DNA of 64,000 nucleotides from Thermoanaerobaculia bacterium (GTDB lineage: Bacteria; Acidobacteriota; Thermoanaerobaculia; UBA5066): positions 416,001-480,000 of the forward strand of contig CAWFJJ010000001.1 of NCBI GenBank assembly GCA_963816185.1, written 5' to 3'. Shown in pieces: positions 9,722 through 19,237 of this stretch. A program made the position numbers and the translations under genes. Positions within the stretch are counted from its first letter, which is position 1, and every line of letters begins with the position of its first letter. The notes under the pieces were generated by a model. That model made no database searches. It saw only the letters and a program-made list of their open reading frames with translations, and was not told the origin of the DNA.

Positions 9722-10542
9722 CCGAGCCCGTTCGAGAGTTCCGCGCCAAGAGCCGCTACGCGATCGACCTGAATTTCGACGGCGGCGAGGGCGGCGACGA
9801 CGTGGCTCTGATGCGCTGGGTTTCCACGGTGAACATCGCCTGCGGAGGGCACGCGGGGGACGAGGTCTCGATGCGGCGGGTCGTGTGCCTCGCGCTCGCA
9901 AAGGGGGTCGCGATCCACGCACACCCCTCGTACGAGGATCGTACGAATTTCGGGCGGAAGGACGTCGCGCTTTCTCCTGCGGGGATCGAGGCCCTCGTGA
10001 AGGGACAAGTCGACGCGTTGCGCAACATCGTCCGCGAGGAAGAGGGCGAGCTCACCGGCGTCAAACCGCACGGGGCGCTTTATCACGCGGCGGCGACGAA
10101 AGAGGCCGTCGCGTCCGCGATCGCGCGGGCGGTGTGGAGCGTTTCGAGGAACCTCGTCCTCGTCTCGTCTCCCGGATCGAAGCTCCTCGACGCCGGGCGC
10201 GCTCTGGGGCTCGCCGTCGCGATGGAAGGGTTCGTAGACCGCGGGTACGAAGCCGACGGCTCGCTCATTCCGCGGGGAGCTCCCGGGGCTCTCGTCGAGG
10301 ACCCGGAGGCCGCAGCCCGCTGCGCGGTCTCTTTCGTCTTCGACCGCCAGACCATCGCGCGAAACGGCCAGCCTGTCCCTCTCGCCGTCGACACTCTCTG
10401 CGTCCACGGCGACACGCCGAACGCTGCCGCGATCGCGGCCGAGGTGCGGGCCGCGCTCGTCGAGGCCGAGATCGTCGTACGCAGCCTGAAGGGGTGGCGT
10501 CCCCCGGCGCCGGGCTCCGAAGGGTCGTCCGCCCGGTTGTAG
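9718..10542 (+). CDS. pxpA: 5-oxoprolinase subunit A (LamB/YcsF family)
   Basis: IDLN, NIACGGHAGD, HPSYEDRTNFGR, KPHGALY and TLCVHGDTP motifs. Confidence 0.93.
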   Translation: MTEPVREFRAKSRYAIDLNFDGGEGGDDVALMRWVSTVNIACGGHAGDEVSMRRVVCLALAKGVAIHAHPSYEDRTNFGRKDVALSPAGIEALVKGQVDALRNIVREEEGELTGVKPHGALYHAAATKEAVASAIARAVWSVSRNLVLVSSPGSKLLDAGRALGLAVAMEGFVDRGYEADGSLIPRGAPGALVEDPEAAARCAVSFVFDRQTIARNGQPVPLAVDTLCVHGDTPNAAAIAAEVRAALVEAEIVVRSLKGWRPPAPGSEGSSARL

Positions 10543-10668
10543 GAGTTCCACGAGAACTCGAGGGTCTCCGATGTCAGCTCAGGGTGAAGCGCGGTCCACC
10601 GCCGCGTCGAAGAGGCGTCTGCTGGTCTCGCCCTCCACCCAGACGAAATCCAAACGGCCCTCAACCGT

Positions 10669-10685
10669 TAAACTACGCCTCCATG
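10669..10685 (+). repeat. 17-bp direct repeat, copy 1 (TAAACTACGCCTCCATG)
   Basis: Identical to 11344-11360. Contains a -10-like TAAACT and the ATG of the following gene. Confidence 0.9.
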
Positions 10686-10910
10686 ATGCCAACGAGGATT
10701 GTGACGAGGCGCCCACCCGGAGAGGACGTCCTGCGGGATTCGGCGATCCTCCAGAGGACTCTCAACGCTCTCCGCGGGAACGCGCTCGTCCCGCGCGGGG
10801 TCTATCGCTTCGCGAGCCATGAAGAGGCCGACGCATGGATGACCCTCCGGATCGCGGCTACTCACGCGCGCCTGAGCTCCGGGACCTCGCCTCGCTCTGC
10901 CGATCGCTGA
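10683..10910 (+). CDS. Small hypothetical protein (75 aa), likely partner of the downstream nucleotidyltransferase
   Basis: MMPTRIVTRR...[16 protein letters not shown]. Starts at the repeated ATG and overlaps the next gene. Confidence 0.6.
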   Translation: MMPTRIVTRRPPGEDVLRDSAILQRTLNALRGNALVPRGVYRFASHEEADAWMTLRIAATHARLSSGTSPRSADR

Positions 10911-11326
10911 ACAGAGAAAGAGTCCGCTATCTCCTCATCGGCGGTTTTGCCGTCGTGCTTCACGGCTCCGTGCGCACGACGAAGGACATCGATCTTCTCG
11001 TCGACGCCTCCCGCGACAACGTCCGTGCGCTGAAGCGCGCGCTGAAGGACCTCCCAGACAACGCCGTAGCGGAAGTCGCGGATGATGACGTCGGCCGCTA
11101 CCGGGTCGTGAGGGTGGCCGACGAGATCGTCGTCGACCTGATGGCCGAGGCCTGCGGAATCGACTACGGGTCGGCCCTCCGGCTCGGCGTCGAGACGAAA
11201 CGGATCGAGGACGTCGACGTCCCGGTCGCGAGCAAGAGTCTCCTCATCCTCACGAAGGACACCGTGCGCGACAGCGACAAAGCCGACGTAGCCTTTCTGC
11301 GCGTACGGATCGAAGAAGGGCGTTAG
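10835..11326 (+). CDS. Nucleotidyltransferase (Pol-beta/MNT fold, DUF6036-like)
   Basis: [25 protein letters not shown] (GG...DxD motif), VDLM and C-terminal K...RDSDKAD. Confidence 0.85.
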   Translation: MDDPPDRGYSRAPELRDLASLCRSLNRERVRYLLIGGFAVVLHGSVRTTKDIDLLVDASRDNVRALKRALKDLPDNAVAEVADDDVGRYRVVRVADEIVVDLMAEACGIDYGSALRLGVETKRIEDVDVPVASKSLLILTKDTVRDSDKADVAFLRVRIEEGR

Positions 11327-11343
11327 CCGCCCCTTGAACCCGC

Positions 11344-11360
11344 TAAACTACGCCTCCATG
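11344..11360 (+). repeat. 17-bp direct repeat, copy 2; putative purL -10 box plus start codon
   Basis: TAAACTACGCCTCCATG, identical to 10669-10685. Confidence 0.9.
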
Positions 11361-13574
11361 GCTCTCCCGGCCGCGCATCTGTCTCCCGCCGTCGTGGCCG
11401 AGCACGGGCTCTCGCCGGACGAGTTCCTGAGGATCCGGGAGATCCTCGGCCGCGACCCGAACCTCGTGGAGCTGGGGATCTACTCGGCGCTCTGGAGCGA
11501 GCACTGCTCGTACAAATCCTCGAAGCCGTTCCTGAAGGAGCTGCCGACGACGGGGCCGCGCGTCCTGCAGGGTCCCGGCGAGAACGCGGGTGCCGTGGAC
11601 ATCGGCGACGGCCTCGCCGCCGTCTTCAAGATGGAGTCGCACAACCACCCGTCGTTCATCGAGCCCTATCAGGGGGCGGCGACGGGCGTCGGCGGGATCC
11701 TGCGCGACGTTTTCACGATGGGCGCGCGCCCGCTCGCGATCCTCGACCCGCTCTTTTTCGGGGACCCCGTATCTCCGCGGATGCGCGACCTCGTGGACGG
11801 CGTCGTGCGCGGGATCGGGGGCTACGGCAACTGCATCGGCGTGCCGACGGTCGGCGGCATGACGTTCTTTCACCCGGCGTACAACAAGAACATCCTCGTG
11901 AACGTCATGGCGGTCGGCCTCGTGCGGCAGGACCGGATTTTCCGCGCGAAGGCCGCCGGCCCGGGAAATCCCGTCCTCTATGCGGGCTCGAAGACGGGCC
12001 GCGACGGAATCCACGGCGCGTCGATGGCGTCGGACGCTTTCGATGATCGGAAATCCCAGCGCCGGCCGACCGTGCAGGTCGGAGACCCGTTCGTCGAGAA
12101 GCTCGTCCTCGAGGCCGTGCTCGAGGTCCTCGAGAGGGACGCCGTCGTCGCGATCCAGGACATGGGCGCGGCCGGCCTGACGTCCTCGACGTTCGAGATG
12201 TGCGCCCGCGGCGGCGTCGGGATGGAGCTCGACCTGTCGAAGGTCCCGATGCGCGAGACGGGGATGACGCCGTACGAGCTGATGCTCTCCGAGTCGCAGG
12301 AGCGCATGGTCCTCGTCGTCCACAGGGGTCGGGAGAAAGAGGTCGCCGCGATCTTCCGCAAGTGGGGCGTGGACGTCGCCGCGATCGGCGTCGTGCGCAA
12401 AGAGCCGCGCATGCGCCTCCTCTGGCAAGGCGACGTCGTCGCCGATCTCGAGATCGCCCCGCTCGTCCAGGACGCTCCCCTCTACCGGCGTGACGTCACC
12501 GCGCCGAAGCCCCAGTCGTCCTCGTCGCCCGTCCGCCTCGAGGGCGCGCCGGACGACGCCGCGGCGCTCTTGACGCTCCTCGCGTCGCCGAACCTCTGCT
12601 CGAAGCGGTGGATCGCCACGCAATACGACTGGAGCGTGAGGACGAACACGGTCGCCGGCCCGGGCGGCGACGCAGCCATCATCCGCGTCCCGGGGACGGT
12701 CAAGGGGCTCGCGATGACGTGCGACGTCAACCCGCGCTACGTCGCGGCCGACCCGCAGACCGGCGCCGCGCATGCGGTGGCAGAGGCCGCGCTCAATCTC
12801 GCCTGCGTCGGCGCGAGGCCGCTCGCGGTGACGGACTGCCTCAATTTCGGGAACCCCGAGCGCCCCGAGATCCTCGGCCAGTTCGCGGCGGCGATCCGCG
12901 GACTTTCGGAGGCGTGCCGCGCGTTCGAGACACCCGTCGTCTCGGGCAACGTGTCGCTCTACAACGAGACGGACGGCGTCTCCATCCTGCCCACACCCAC
13001 CGTCGGTATGGTAGGCCTGCTGGACGACGTCACGCGCACCGTCGGCCTCCATTTCGTGCGGGAGGGCGACATCGTGGCCCTCCTCGGGACGACGCGCGAC
13101 GAGATGGGCGCGAGCGAATACCTCGCGACGGTCCTCGGACGCGACGAAGGCCCGTGCCCGGCGCTCGATCTCGCCTCGGCGCGCGCGCTCGTGAATCTGC
13201 TGCTGGAGACCGTGCGCGACGGCATGCTCTCCTCGGCGCACGACGTCTCCGAGGGCGGCCTCGCCGTGGCGCTCGCCGAGGCCGCAATGGGCCCTTCGGG
13301 CCTCGGGGCAGACGTCAACGTCGCCACGCCCCTGACGTCCACACGTCTTCTCTTCTCGCAGACGGCGGGGCGCGCCGTCATTTCGATGCCGGCAGGGCGC
13401 GAGCGGAACCTCGTGGAGGCGGGGCGCCGCTACGCCGTCGCGGTCTCCTTGCTGGGCCGGGTCGTGCCGGGCCGCCTCGCCGTCTCCGTCAACGGCGCGC
13501 GGATGCTCGATCTTCCGACGGCCGCGCTGAAATCCGTGTCCGAATCCGCCTTTTCCAAGCTCCTGGAGGTCTGA
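11358..13574 (+). CDS. purL: Phosphoribosylformylglycinamidine synthase subunit PurL
   Basis: [33 protein letters not shown] and VSGNVSLYN motifs. Confidence 0.97.
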   Translation: MALPAAHLSPAVVAEHGLSPDEFLRIREILGRDPNLVELGIYSALWSEHCSYKSSKPFLKELPTTGPRVLQGPGENAGAVDIGDGLAAVFKMESHNHPSFIEPYQGAATGVGGILRDVFTMGARPLAILDPLFFGDPVSPRMRDLVDGVVRGIGGYGNCIGVPTVGGMTFFHPAYNKNILVNVMAVGLVRQDRIFRAKAAGPGNPVLYAGSKTGRDGIHGASMASDAFDDRKSQRRPTVQVGDPFVEKLVLEAVLEVLERDAVVAIQDMGAAGLTSSTFEMCARGGVGMELDLSKVPMRETGMTPYELMLSESQERMVLVVHRGREKEVAAIFRKWGVDVAAIGVVRKEPRMRLLWQGDVVADLEIAPLVQDAPLYRRDVTAPKPQSSSSPVRLEGAPDDAAALLTLLASPNLCSKRWIATQYDWSVRTNTVAGPGGDAAIIRVPGTVKGLAMTCDVNPRYVAADPQTGAAHAVAEAALNLACVGARPLAVTDCLNFGNPERPEILGQFAAAIRGLSEACRAFETPVVSGNVSLYNETDGVSILPTPTVGMVGLLDDVTRTVGLHFVREGDIVALLGTTRDEMGASEYLATVLGRDEGPCPALDLASARALVNLLLETVRDGMLSSAHDVSEGGLAVALAEAAMGPSGLGADVNVATPLTSTRLLFSQTAGRAVISMPAGRERNLVEAGRRYAVAVSLLGRVVPGRLAVSVNGARMLDLPTAALKSVSESAFSKLLEV

Positions 13575-13576
13575 AC

Positions 13577-14173
13577 GTGACGAGAGTTTTTCACCGCGCG
13601 CCGATGGCCTTGTTTTGCGCGACCTTTCTGACCGCTCCTCAGGCGCGCGCGGCCTCGTTGAAGGTCGGGGCCCCCGCGCCGGACTTCACGCTGCCGGCCG
13701 CCTCGGACGGCAAGGCGGTCGCGCTGAAGGATCTGCTCGCGAAGAGCAAGGCGGTCGCCGTCGTGTTCGTCGCGACGCAGTGTCCGGTTTCGAACGCCTA
13801 CAACGCGCGCATGGCCGCCCTCGGGAAGGAGTACGCGGCGAAGGGCATTCCGCTCGTCGGGATCAACAGCAACAAGACCGAGCCGGCAGCCGAGGTCAAG
13901 GCGCACGCGGAAAAGCACGGCTTCACTTTCCCGGTCCTCAAGGATGACCGCAACAAGATCGCCGACGCCTACGGCGCGACGAGGACGCCGGAGGTCTTCG
14001 TTCTCGACCCGAAGGGGAACCTGCTCTACCACGGTCGCATCGACGAGAACCAGGACGATCCCAAGGGTGTGAAATCGCCGGACCTGAGGAATGCGCTCGA
14101 CGCCATCCTCTCGGGAAGGCCCGTTCCCGCAGCCGAGACGAAAGCGTTCGGATGCAGCATCAAGCGCGTTTGA
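13577..14173 (+). CDS. Exported thioredoxin/peroxiredoxin-like (AhpC/TSA) protein
   Basis: Signal peptide; VGAPAPDFTL, CPVS, TPEVFV, YHGRID and GCSIK motifs. Confidence 0.85.
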   Translation: MTRVFHRAPMALFCATFLTAPQARAASLKVGAPAPDFTLPAASDGKAVALKDLLAKSKAVAVVFVATQCPVSNAYNARMAALGKEYAAKGIPLVGINSNKTEPAAEVKAHAEKHGFTFPVLKDDRNKIADAYGATRTPEVFVLDPKGNLLYHGRIDENQDDPKGVKSPDLRNALDAILSGRPVPAAETKAFGCSIKRV

Positions 14174-14673
14174 GCTTCGCCCGAAAGTTCCTGCTGAGCG
14201 CGGCGGCCCTCGTGGTGCTCGCGCGACCCGCGGCTTCCGATCCCGTGAAGCTCGTCAGGCCGGAGCAATACCGCGCGCGCGTCGTGGCGGCGAAGAAGGG
14301 CCGCGTCCTCCTCGTGAACTTCTGGGCGACGTGGTGCGACCCGTGCCGCGAGGAGATGCCCGCCCTCGTCTCCGCCGCGAAGGGATTCTCCTCGAAGGAC
14401 GTGGCCGTCGCCCTCGTGTCGACCGACTCGCTGAAGAAGACGGCGGACGTGCAGAGGTTCCTCGCGTCGAGGAAGATCCCGTTCGTCTGCTGGCAGGCGA
14501 AGAGCCCCGACCCGCAGCGCTTCATCGACGCGGTGGACAAGAGCTGGGACGGCGCCGTGCCCTACACGCTCGTGTACGACCGCAAGGGCGAGATCGTCGC
14601 GCGTCTCGCGGGGCCGCAGACGGAGAAGTCCTTCGGCGAGGCGATCCGGAAGGCGCTGGCGCCGGCCTCTTGA
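14170..14673 (+). CDS. TlpA-like thiol:disulfide oxidoreductase
   Basis: NFWATWCDPC motif and a signal peptide. TTG start overlaps the upstream stop; ATG 14152 is an alternative start. Confidence 0.88.
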   Translation: MSFARKFLLSAAALVVLARPAASDPVKLVRPEQYRARVVAAKKGRVLLVNFWATWCDPCREEMPALVSAAKGFSSKDVAVALVSTDSLKKTADVQRFLASRKIPFVCWQAKSPDPQRFIDAVDKSWDGAVPYTLVYDRKGEIVARLAGPQTEKSFGEAIRKALAPAS

Positions 14674-15275
14674 CGCGCCGCCGGTTCGACGCCCTCTTCC
14701 TCGATCGCGACGGGACGCTCGTCGTCGAGCGCGGTTTCCTCGGAGATCCGAAGGGCGTGCGGCTCGCGCCCGGAGCGGCGGAGCGCCTGCGCGCGTTCCA
14801 ACGGCAGGGCACGGCGCTCTTCATCGTCACGAATCAGTCCGGCCTCGCGCGCGGCTTCCTGACCCGGGAGCAGGTGGATGCGGTGAACGCCGAAATCGTG
14901 CGCCGCTACGCCGCCCGGGGCGTGAGGTTCGCGGACATCCTTGTGTGCCCGCACCACCCCGAAGCCTCGATACCGTCCCTTCGCCGGAAGTGCCGCTGTC
15001 GCAAGCCGGGAACGCTCCTCCACGAGCGCGCGCTCCGCGCTCGCGGCCTTTCGGGACGGCGTTCGGCGGTCGTGGGAGACAAGTGGGACGACGTGGGGTC
15101 CGGCCTCGCGCTCGGCGCGGCGACGGCGCACGTCCTCACGGGGCACGGCCGCCGGGAGCGGTCGCTCGTTCGCGCCCGCGCGCCCGGTGCGATACTCGCG
15201 ACCACGCTCGCCGATGCTCTCGACCAGCTCCTCTCGCGCCGTCCGTCTCGCCGTCCGCCGCGGAGATCCGCGTGA
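14670..15275 (+). CDS. gmhB: D-glycero-D-manno-heptose 1,7-bisphosphate phosphatase
   Basis: FLDRDGTL, VTNQSG, CPHHP...CRCRKP and VGDK motifs. Confidence 0.9.
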   Translation: MTRRRFDALFLDRDGTLVVERGFLGDPKGVRLAPGAAERLRAFQRQGTALFIVTNQSGLARGFLTREQVDAVNAEIVRRYAARGVRFADILVCPHHPEASIPSLRRKCRCRKPGTLLHERALRARGLSGRRSAVVGDKWDDVGSGLALGAATAHVLTGHGRRERSLVRARAPGAILATTLADALDQLLSRRPSRRPPRRSA

Positions 15276-16726
15276 CGCCGCGTGAAATCGCCGCGCTCGC
15301 GGCCGCGGCGCCCAGCGTCACGGTGGCGGTCGCGGGAGATCTCATGCTCGACGAGACGTGGGTGGGCTCCGTCGAACGCGTGGCGCCAGAGGCGCCCGTC
15401 CCTCTCCTGTCCCTCACCGCGATGAGCCGGCGCGCGGGCGGCGCCGGAAACGTCGTCGAGAACCTCGCGTGCCTCGGGGCGCGCGTCGTCACGCTGGGAG
15501 CGGTCGGGCCCGGCGAGGAGGGCGCGTGGCTCGCACGGCGGCTCACGACGTTGCCGGGGGCCTCCGGCACGATCGTCGTGGATCCGCTCCGGGCGACACC
15601 CGTCAAGCGCCGCATGGTGTCCGAGGGACGCCAGATGCTGCGCGTGGACGAGGAGCTCGCGTCCGAGCTGTCGCCGTCCGCGGAGCGCGCGCTGATTTCG
15701 GCCGCGCAAAAGGCCGTGGACGCCGCCGACGTGCTCCTGCTCTCCGACTACGCGAAGGGCACGCTCACGCTGGCCCTCACGTCCACCCTCCTCAAGGCCG
15801 CGCGCGCGAAGGGGATTCCCGCGCTCGTCGATCCGAAGGGCCGCGACTATGCACGTTATCGCGGCGCGACGGTCGTGATGCCGAATCGCCGGGAGCTGGA
15901 GGCCGTGACGGACGAGCCCGCGCGCGACCTGACGGCCGTCGCTCGCCTCGGCACGAGCCTGAGGGAAGAGCTCGGGCTCGAAGCGCTTCTCGTGAAGCTC
16001 TCGGAGGAGGGGATGCTCCTCCTCGCGCGGGGCCAGGAGCCGCGGCGCATCACCGCCCATGCCCGGGAGGTGTTCGACGTGACGGGAGCGGGGGACACGG
16101 TTCTCGCGGCGTTCGGCGTGGCGGTGGCCTGCGGGCTCGGGCTCTTCGAAGCGGCCGAGGTCGCGAATCGCGCGGCGAGCTACGCGGTCGGGCGCGTCGG
16201 CACCGCGCCGGTCCACTGGGCCGACCTCTTCGAAGGGGCGGCGGGGTCGCCGCACGAAAAGCTCCTGGACCGTACGCACCTGCCGGCCGTCTCCTCGATG
16301 CTGCAGCGCGCGCACAAGAACGTCGTGTTCACGAACGGCTGCTTCGACCTCCTTCACCCCGGGCACGTGAAGCTCCTGACGGAAGCGCGGAAGGGCGGGG
16401 ACGTTCTCGTCGTCGGCCTCAACAGCGATGAGTCGGTGAAGCGGTTGAAAGGCGGCGGACGGCCGATCCTCTCCGAGACGGACCGCGCACAGGTCCTCGG
16501 AGGGCTCGATGCGGTGGACTTCGTCGTCATCTTCGACGAGGACACGCCGGAGGCGGTCATCCGGGAGCTGCGTCCCCAGACGCTCGTCAAGGGCGGCGAC
16601 TACACCGAGGACACCGTCGTCGGCGGGACCTTCGTGCGGTCGTACGGCGGCTCCGTCGTCCTCGTTCCGTTGGTTCGGGGCCTCTCGACCTCCTCGATGG
16701 TCACGCGGATGAAGGGCGGAACCTGA
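15272..16726 (+). CDS. hldE: Bifunctional heptose-7-phosphate kinase / heptose-1-phosphate adenylyltransferase
   Basis: Kinase half: GDLMLD, GGAGNV, SDYAKG, DVTGAGDT. Transferase half: FTNGCFDLLHPGH, GLNSD, KGGDY. Confidence 0.93.
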   Translation: MTPREIAALAAAAPSVTVAVAGDLMLDETWVGSVERVAPEAPVPLLSLTAMSRRAGGAGNVVENLACLGARVVTLGAVGPGEEGAWLARRLTTLPGASGTIVVDPLRATPVKRRMVSEGRQMLRVDEELASELSPSAERALISAAQKAVDAADVLLLSDYAKGTLTLALTSTLLKAARAKGIPALVDPKGRDYARYRGATVVMPNRRELEAVTDEPARDLTAVARLGTSLREELGLEALLVKLSEEGMLLLARGQEPRRITAHAREVFDVTGAGDTVLAAFGVAVACGLGLFEAAEVANRAASYAVGRVGTAPVHWADLFEGAAGSPHEKLLDRTHLPAVSSMLQRAHKNVVFTNGCFDLLHPGHVKLLTEARKGGDVLVVGLNSDESVKRLKGGGRPILSETDRAQVLGGLDAVDFVVIFDEDTPEAVIRELRPQTLVKGGDYTEDTVVGGTFVRSYGGSVVLVPLVRGLSTSSMVTRMKGGT

Positions 16727-17289
16727 TGCGTGCCTACCTCGACGACCTGGCCACGCTCGCTGCCGGAGCGGCCCTCTCGATCGGGCCCGGAGTGGAAAAG
16801 GCCGCGCGTCTCGTGGCCGACGCGGCCCTTTCGGGGCGCACGACGTTCGCGTTCGGGAACGGCGGAAGCGCGACGCAGGCGCAGCACTTCGCGGCCGAGC
16901 TCGTCGTGCGCTATCAGGAGAACCGGCCCGCGCTCCCGGCGGTCGCCCTGACAGCCGACATCGCGATCCTGACCGCCTGTGCGAACGACTACGACTACTC
17001 GCTCGTCTTCTCGCGCCAGATCGAGGCGCTCGCGAAAGCGGGTGACGTGGCCGTCGGGATCACGACCTCGGGCTCGAGCCCGAACGTCCTGAAGGCGCTC
17101 GAAGCGGCGAGGGGGCGCGGGCTTGCGACCGTCTTCCTCACCGGCGAGAAGGGCCGCGTCGAGGCCGGGCGATGGGACGTCGGGATCGTCGTTCCGTCGG
17201 TAGAGACCGCACACGTACAGGAGCTCCACCTCGCCGCGCTTCATCTCATCTGCCGTTTCGTCGACGAGGAACGGCTGCGCAGGGGCTGA
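16726..17289 (+). CDS. gmhA: Phosphoheptose isomerase (SIS domain)
   Basis: GNGGSA, QHFAAEL, ANDY, STSGSS-like TTSGSSPN and QELH motifs. Confidence 0.93.
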   Translation: MRAYLDDLATLAAGAALSIGPGVEKAARLVADAALSGRTTFAFGNGGSATQAQHFAAELVVRYQENRPALPAVALTADIAILTACANDYDYSLVFSRQIEALAKAGDVAVGITTSGSSPNVLKALEAARGRGLATVFLTGEKGRVEAGRWDVGIVVPSVETAHVQELHLAALHLICRFVDEERLRRG

Positions 17290-17296
17290 CGAGCGC

Positions 17297-17836
17297 GTGG
17301 GGGGCCGAATCGGCGCCGTTCTGAAGGCCGTGGTGATCGCGCTCGTCGCGTGGTTCGCGGTCGCCCGTTTCCTGCCTGGAATTCCGCTCTCCTTCATCGC
17401 CCACGAGACGGCGCCGCTCCCGAACGCGCTCAAGGAGCCCGTTCAGGAAGAGCGGTCCGGCGAGCCGTTCTCCGAGACCCGAAGAGGCCGTTCGTTCGGA
17501 CTCGTGCCGCGGGCGAAGTACGACGTGGCCGCGCGCGTCGCCTCGACGGAACGCTACCGGGCCGGCCTCTCGGGCGATCTCCTTCCGTGGGACTTCGCGC
17601 TTGCCTGGGGAGCCGCGACGAGGGAGCCCGCCTGGTCGCACGTCTCCTTCGTTCAGACCGGCCGCTTCTACAACTGGTCGACGCGCGATCGCAGCCTCGA
17701 TCCCGCATATGTCTCGAGCCACACGGCGAACACGCACCTCATCGCGGCGACGGAGCGCATCGCGTCCGTACTCGGGCTCGTCCACCGGGGCGACGTCGTG
17801 CGCCTCGAGGGCGATCTCGTGGACGTAAGTGGGCCG
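17297..17836 (+). pseudogene. Membrane-anchored hypothetical protein, 3'-truncated at the IS110 junction (reads through to 18013)
   Basis: PWDFALAWG, QTGRFY, ANTHLI and RLEGDLVDVSGP, after which the frame runs into antisense transposase sequence. Confidence 0.6.
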
Positions 17837-18196
17837 CTTGGTCGGCACGAGGCTCGGAGCCACGACCTCACAGGCCACGCCCAGCTCGGTCAGCTGCCAG
17901 TAAAGCACGTATCCCGTCGGCCCCGCCTCGTAGCAGACACGAAGACTCTCGGGCGGTCCGAGCTTCTTGACGAGCCTCCGCACCGACTCGAGCCGATTCG
18001 GAATCGTCCCTAGCGATCGGACCTCTCCGCCCGCCTCGGCCACCGCCACGGCGATCGTCTCGGCGTGCACGTCCAGCCCTACGTATCGGATATTCTTCTT
18101 CATCGACCGGCTCCTTTCGCGTGTAGCTCTGCGCTACGACTCCAACTCGCGGCGTAATCTACGGCCTCGCGAATTGGGCCGGTCATTCCATCTTTA
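17837..18196 (-). mobile_element. IS110-family element remnant: non-coding end plus the first ~89 codons of the transposase (ATG at 18103)
   Basis: MKKNIRYVGLDVHAETIAVA...CYEAGPTGY...CEVVAPSLVPTK is the N-terminal DEDD RuvC-like domain. It stops before the KTDxxDA motif. The element begins right after the waaF stop codon. Confidence 0.88.
18105..18184 (-). other. Long imperfect RNA hairpin in the IS110 non-coding end (candidate bridge/seek-RNA part or RBS-occluding leader)
   Basis: Minus strand: nested stems GACCGGC/GCCGGTC, TTCGCG/CGCGAA, GTAG/CTAC and TACG/CGTA. The 3' arm includes the AAGGAG SD. Confidence 0.55.
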
Positions 18197-19237
18197 CTAG
18201 GTCGGGAGCACGGCCTCGATTGCCGCGAGCACGTCCTCCGGTCGCACGCCCTCCATGCAGGCGTGGTCGATCGGGCAGACGTCGAACCGGCAGGGCGCGC
18301 AGAGCGTCCGGCGGCGGACGAGCGCGAGGCGGACGGGCTTCTCGTCGAGGCGCGGCCCGTCCCACGGGCGCGTCGCGTCGGGGTCGGTCGACCCGAAGAC
18401 GACGACCGCCGGTGTGCCCGCCGCGCTCGCGAGATGCGCGAGGCCTGAATCGTTCCCGAGGAAGAGCCGCGCCTCCGCGAGAACGCCGAGCGCCTCGGGC
18501 AGCGAGGTTTTGCCTGCGAGGTCGAACGTCCTGGCCTTCGTCGCGCGAGCGGCTGCCTGGGCATTGACGTCCTTCTCTCCAGAGCTCCCGAGAAGGGCGA
18601 CGGGGAGGCCGTGCCGCGCGGCGAGCGCGTCGAAGACCTCGGCGTAGCGCGAGACGTCCCAGCGCTTGGCCGCGTGCGCGAAGGACGCGACGTGCGCGGC
18701 GGCGAACGGGCCGCCTTTCCAGCCGGCGGCTTTGAGGCGGACACGCGCGGATTCCCGGATCTCATTGCTGATCGGCCACGACACGTCGGGTGCGGCCGGA
18801 AGCGACGCGCCGGCCGCCGCTGCGAGCCGGAGATGCTTCCACACCTGGTGCTCGCCAGTGGCCAGGTCGAGACGAACCGCGTGGGTCAGGAGAGGCCCGC
18901 GCAGCTCGCCCCGGTATCCGATCCGATGGGGCACGCCCGCCCGCGCGAGCGTCCAGGCGGTCTCGAAGCTCGTCGGCAGGATGATCGCCCGGTCGAATCT
19001 CTCGCCCCGGATACGCATGACGAGGAGCTCGCGTGCCTTCGGATCCCCGTCCGGGCCCTTCGAATCGTCGACGAGGACGTCGTCCACTTCCGGGAGCAGC
19101 CGGTAGAGCTCGGCGACCCAGGGGCGCGCGAGGACCGCCAGCGCGCCTTTCGGGTCGGCGGCGCGGAGCGCGCGGACGGCCGGAAGCGACAGGACGACGT
19201 CGCCGACCCAGTTCGTCGCGCGAACGAGCGTCCTCAC
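18197..19237 (-). CDS. waaF: Lipopolysaccharide heptosyltransferase II (GT9)
   Basis: RATNWVGDVV, KRW, LAGKTSL, NDSGLAHLA, VFGST and C-terminal CAPC...CP...CM. Confidence 0.88.
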   Translation of the reverse strand: MRTLVRATNWVGDVVLSLPAVRALRAADPKGALAVLARPWVAELYRLLPEVDDVLVDDSKGPDGDPKARELLVMRIRGERFDRAIILPTSFETAWTLARAGVPHRIGYRGELRGPLLTHAVRLDLATGEHQVWKHLRLAAAAGASLPAAPDVSWPISNEIRESARVRLKAAGWKGGPFAAAHVASFAHAAKRWDVSRYAEVFDALAARHGLPVALLGSSGEKDVNAQAAARATKARTFDLAGKTSLPEALGVLAEARLFLGNDSGLAHLASAAGTPAVVVFGSTDPDATRPWDGPRLDEKPVRLALVRRRTLCAPCRFDVCPIDHACMEGVRPEDVLAAIEAVLPT

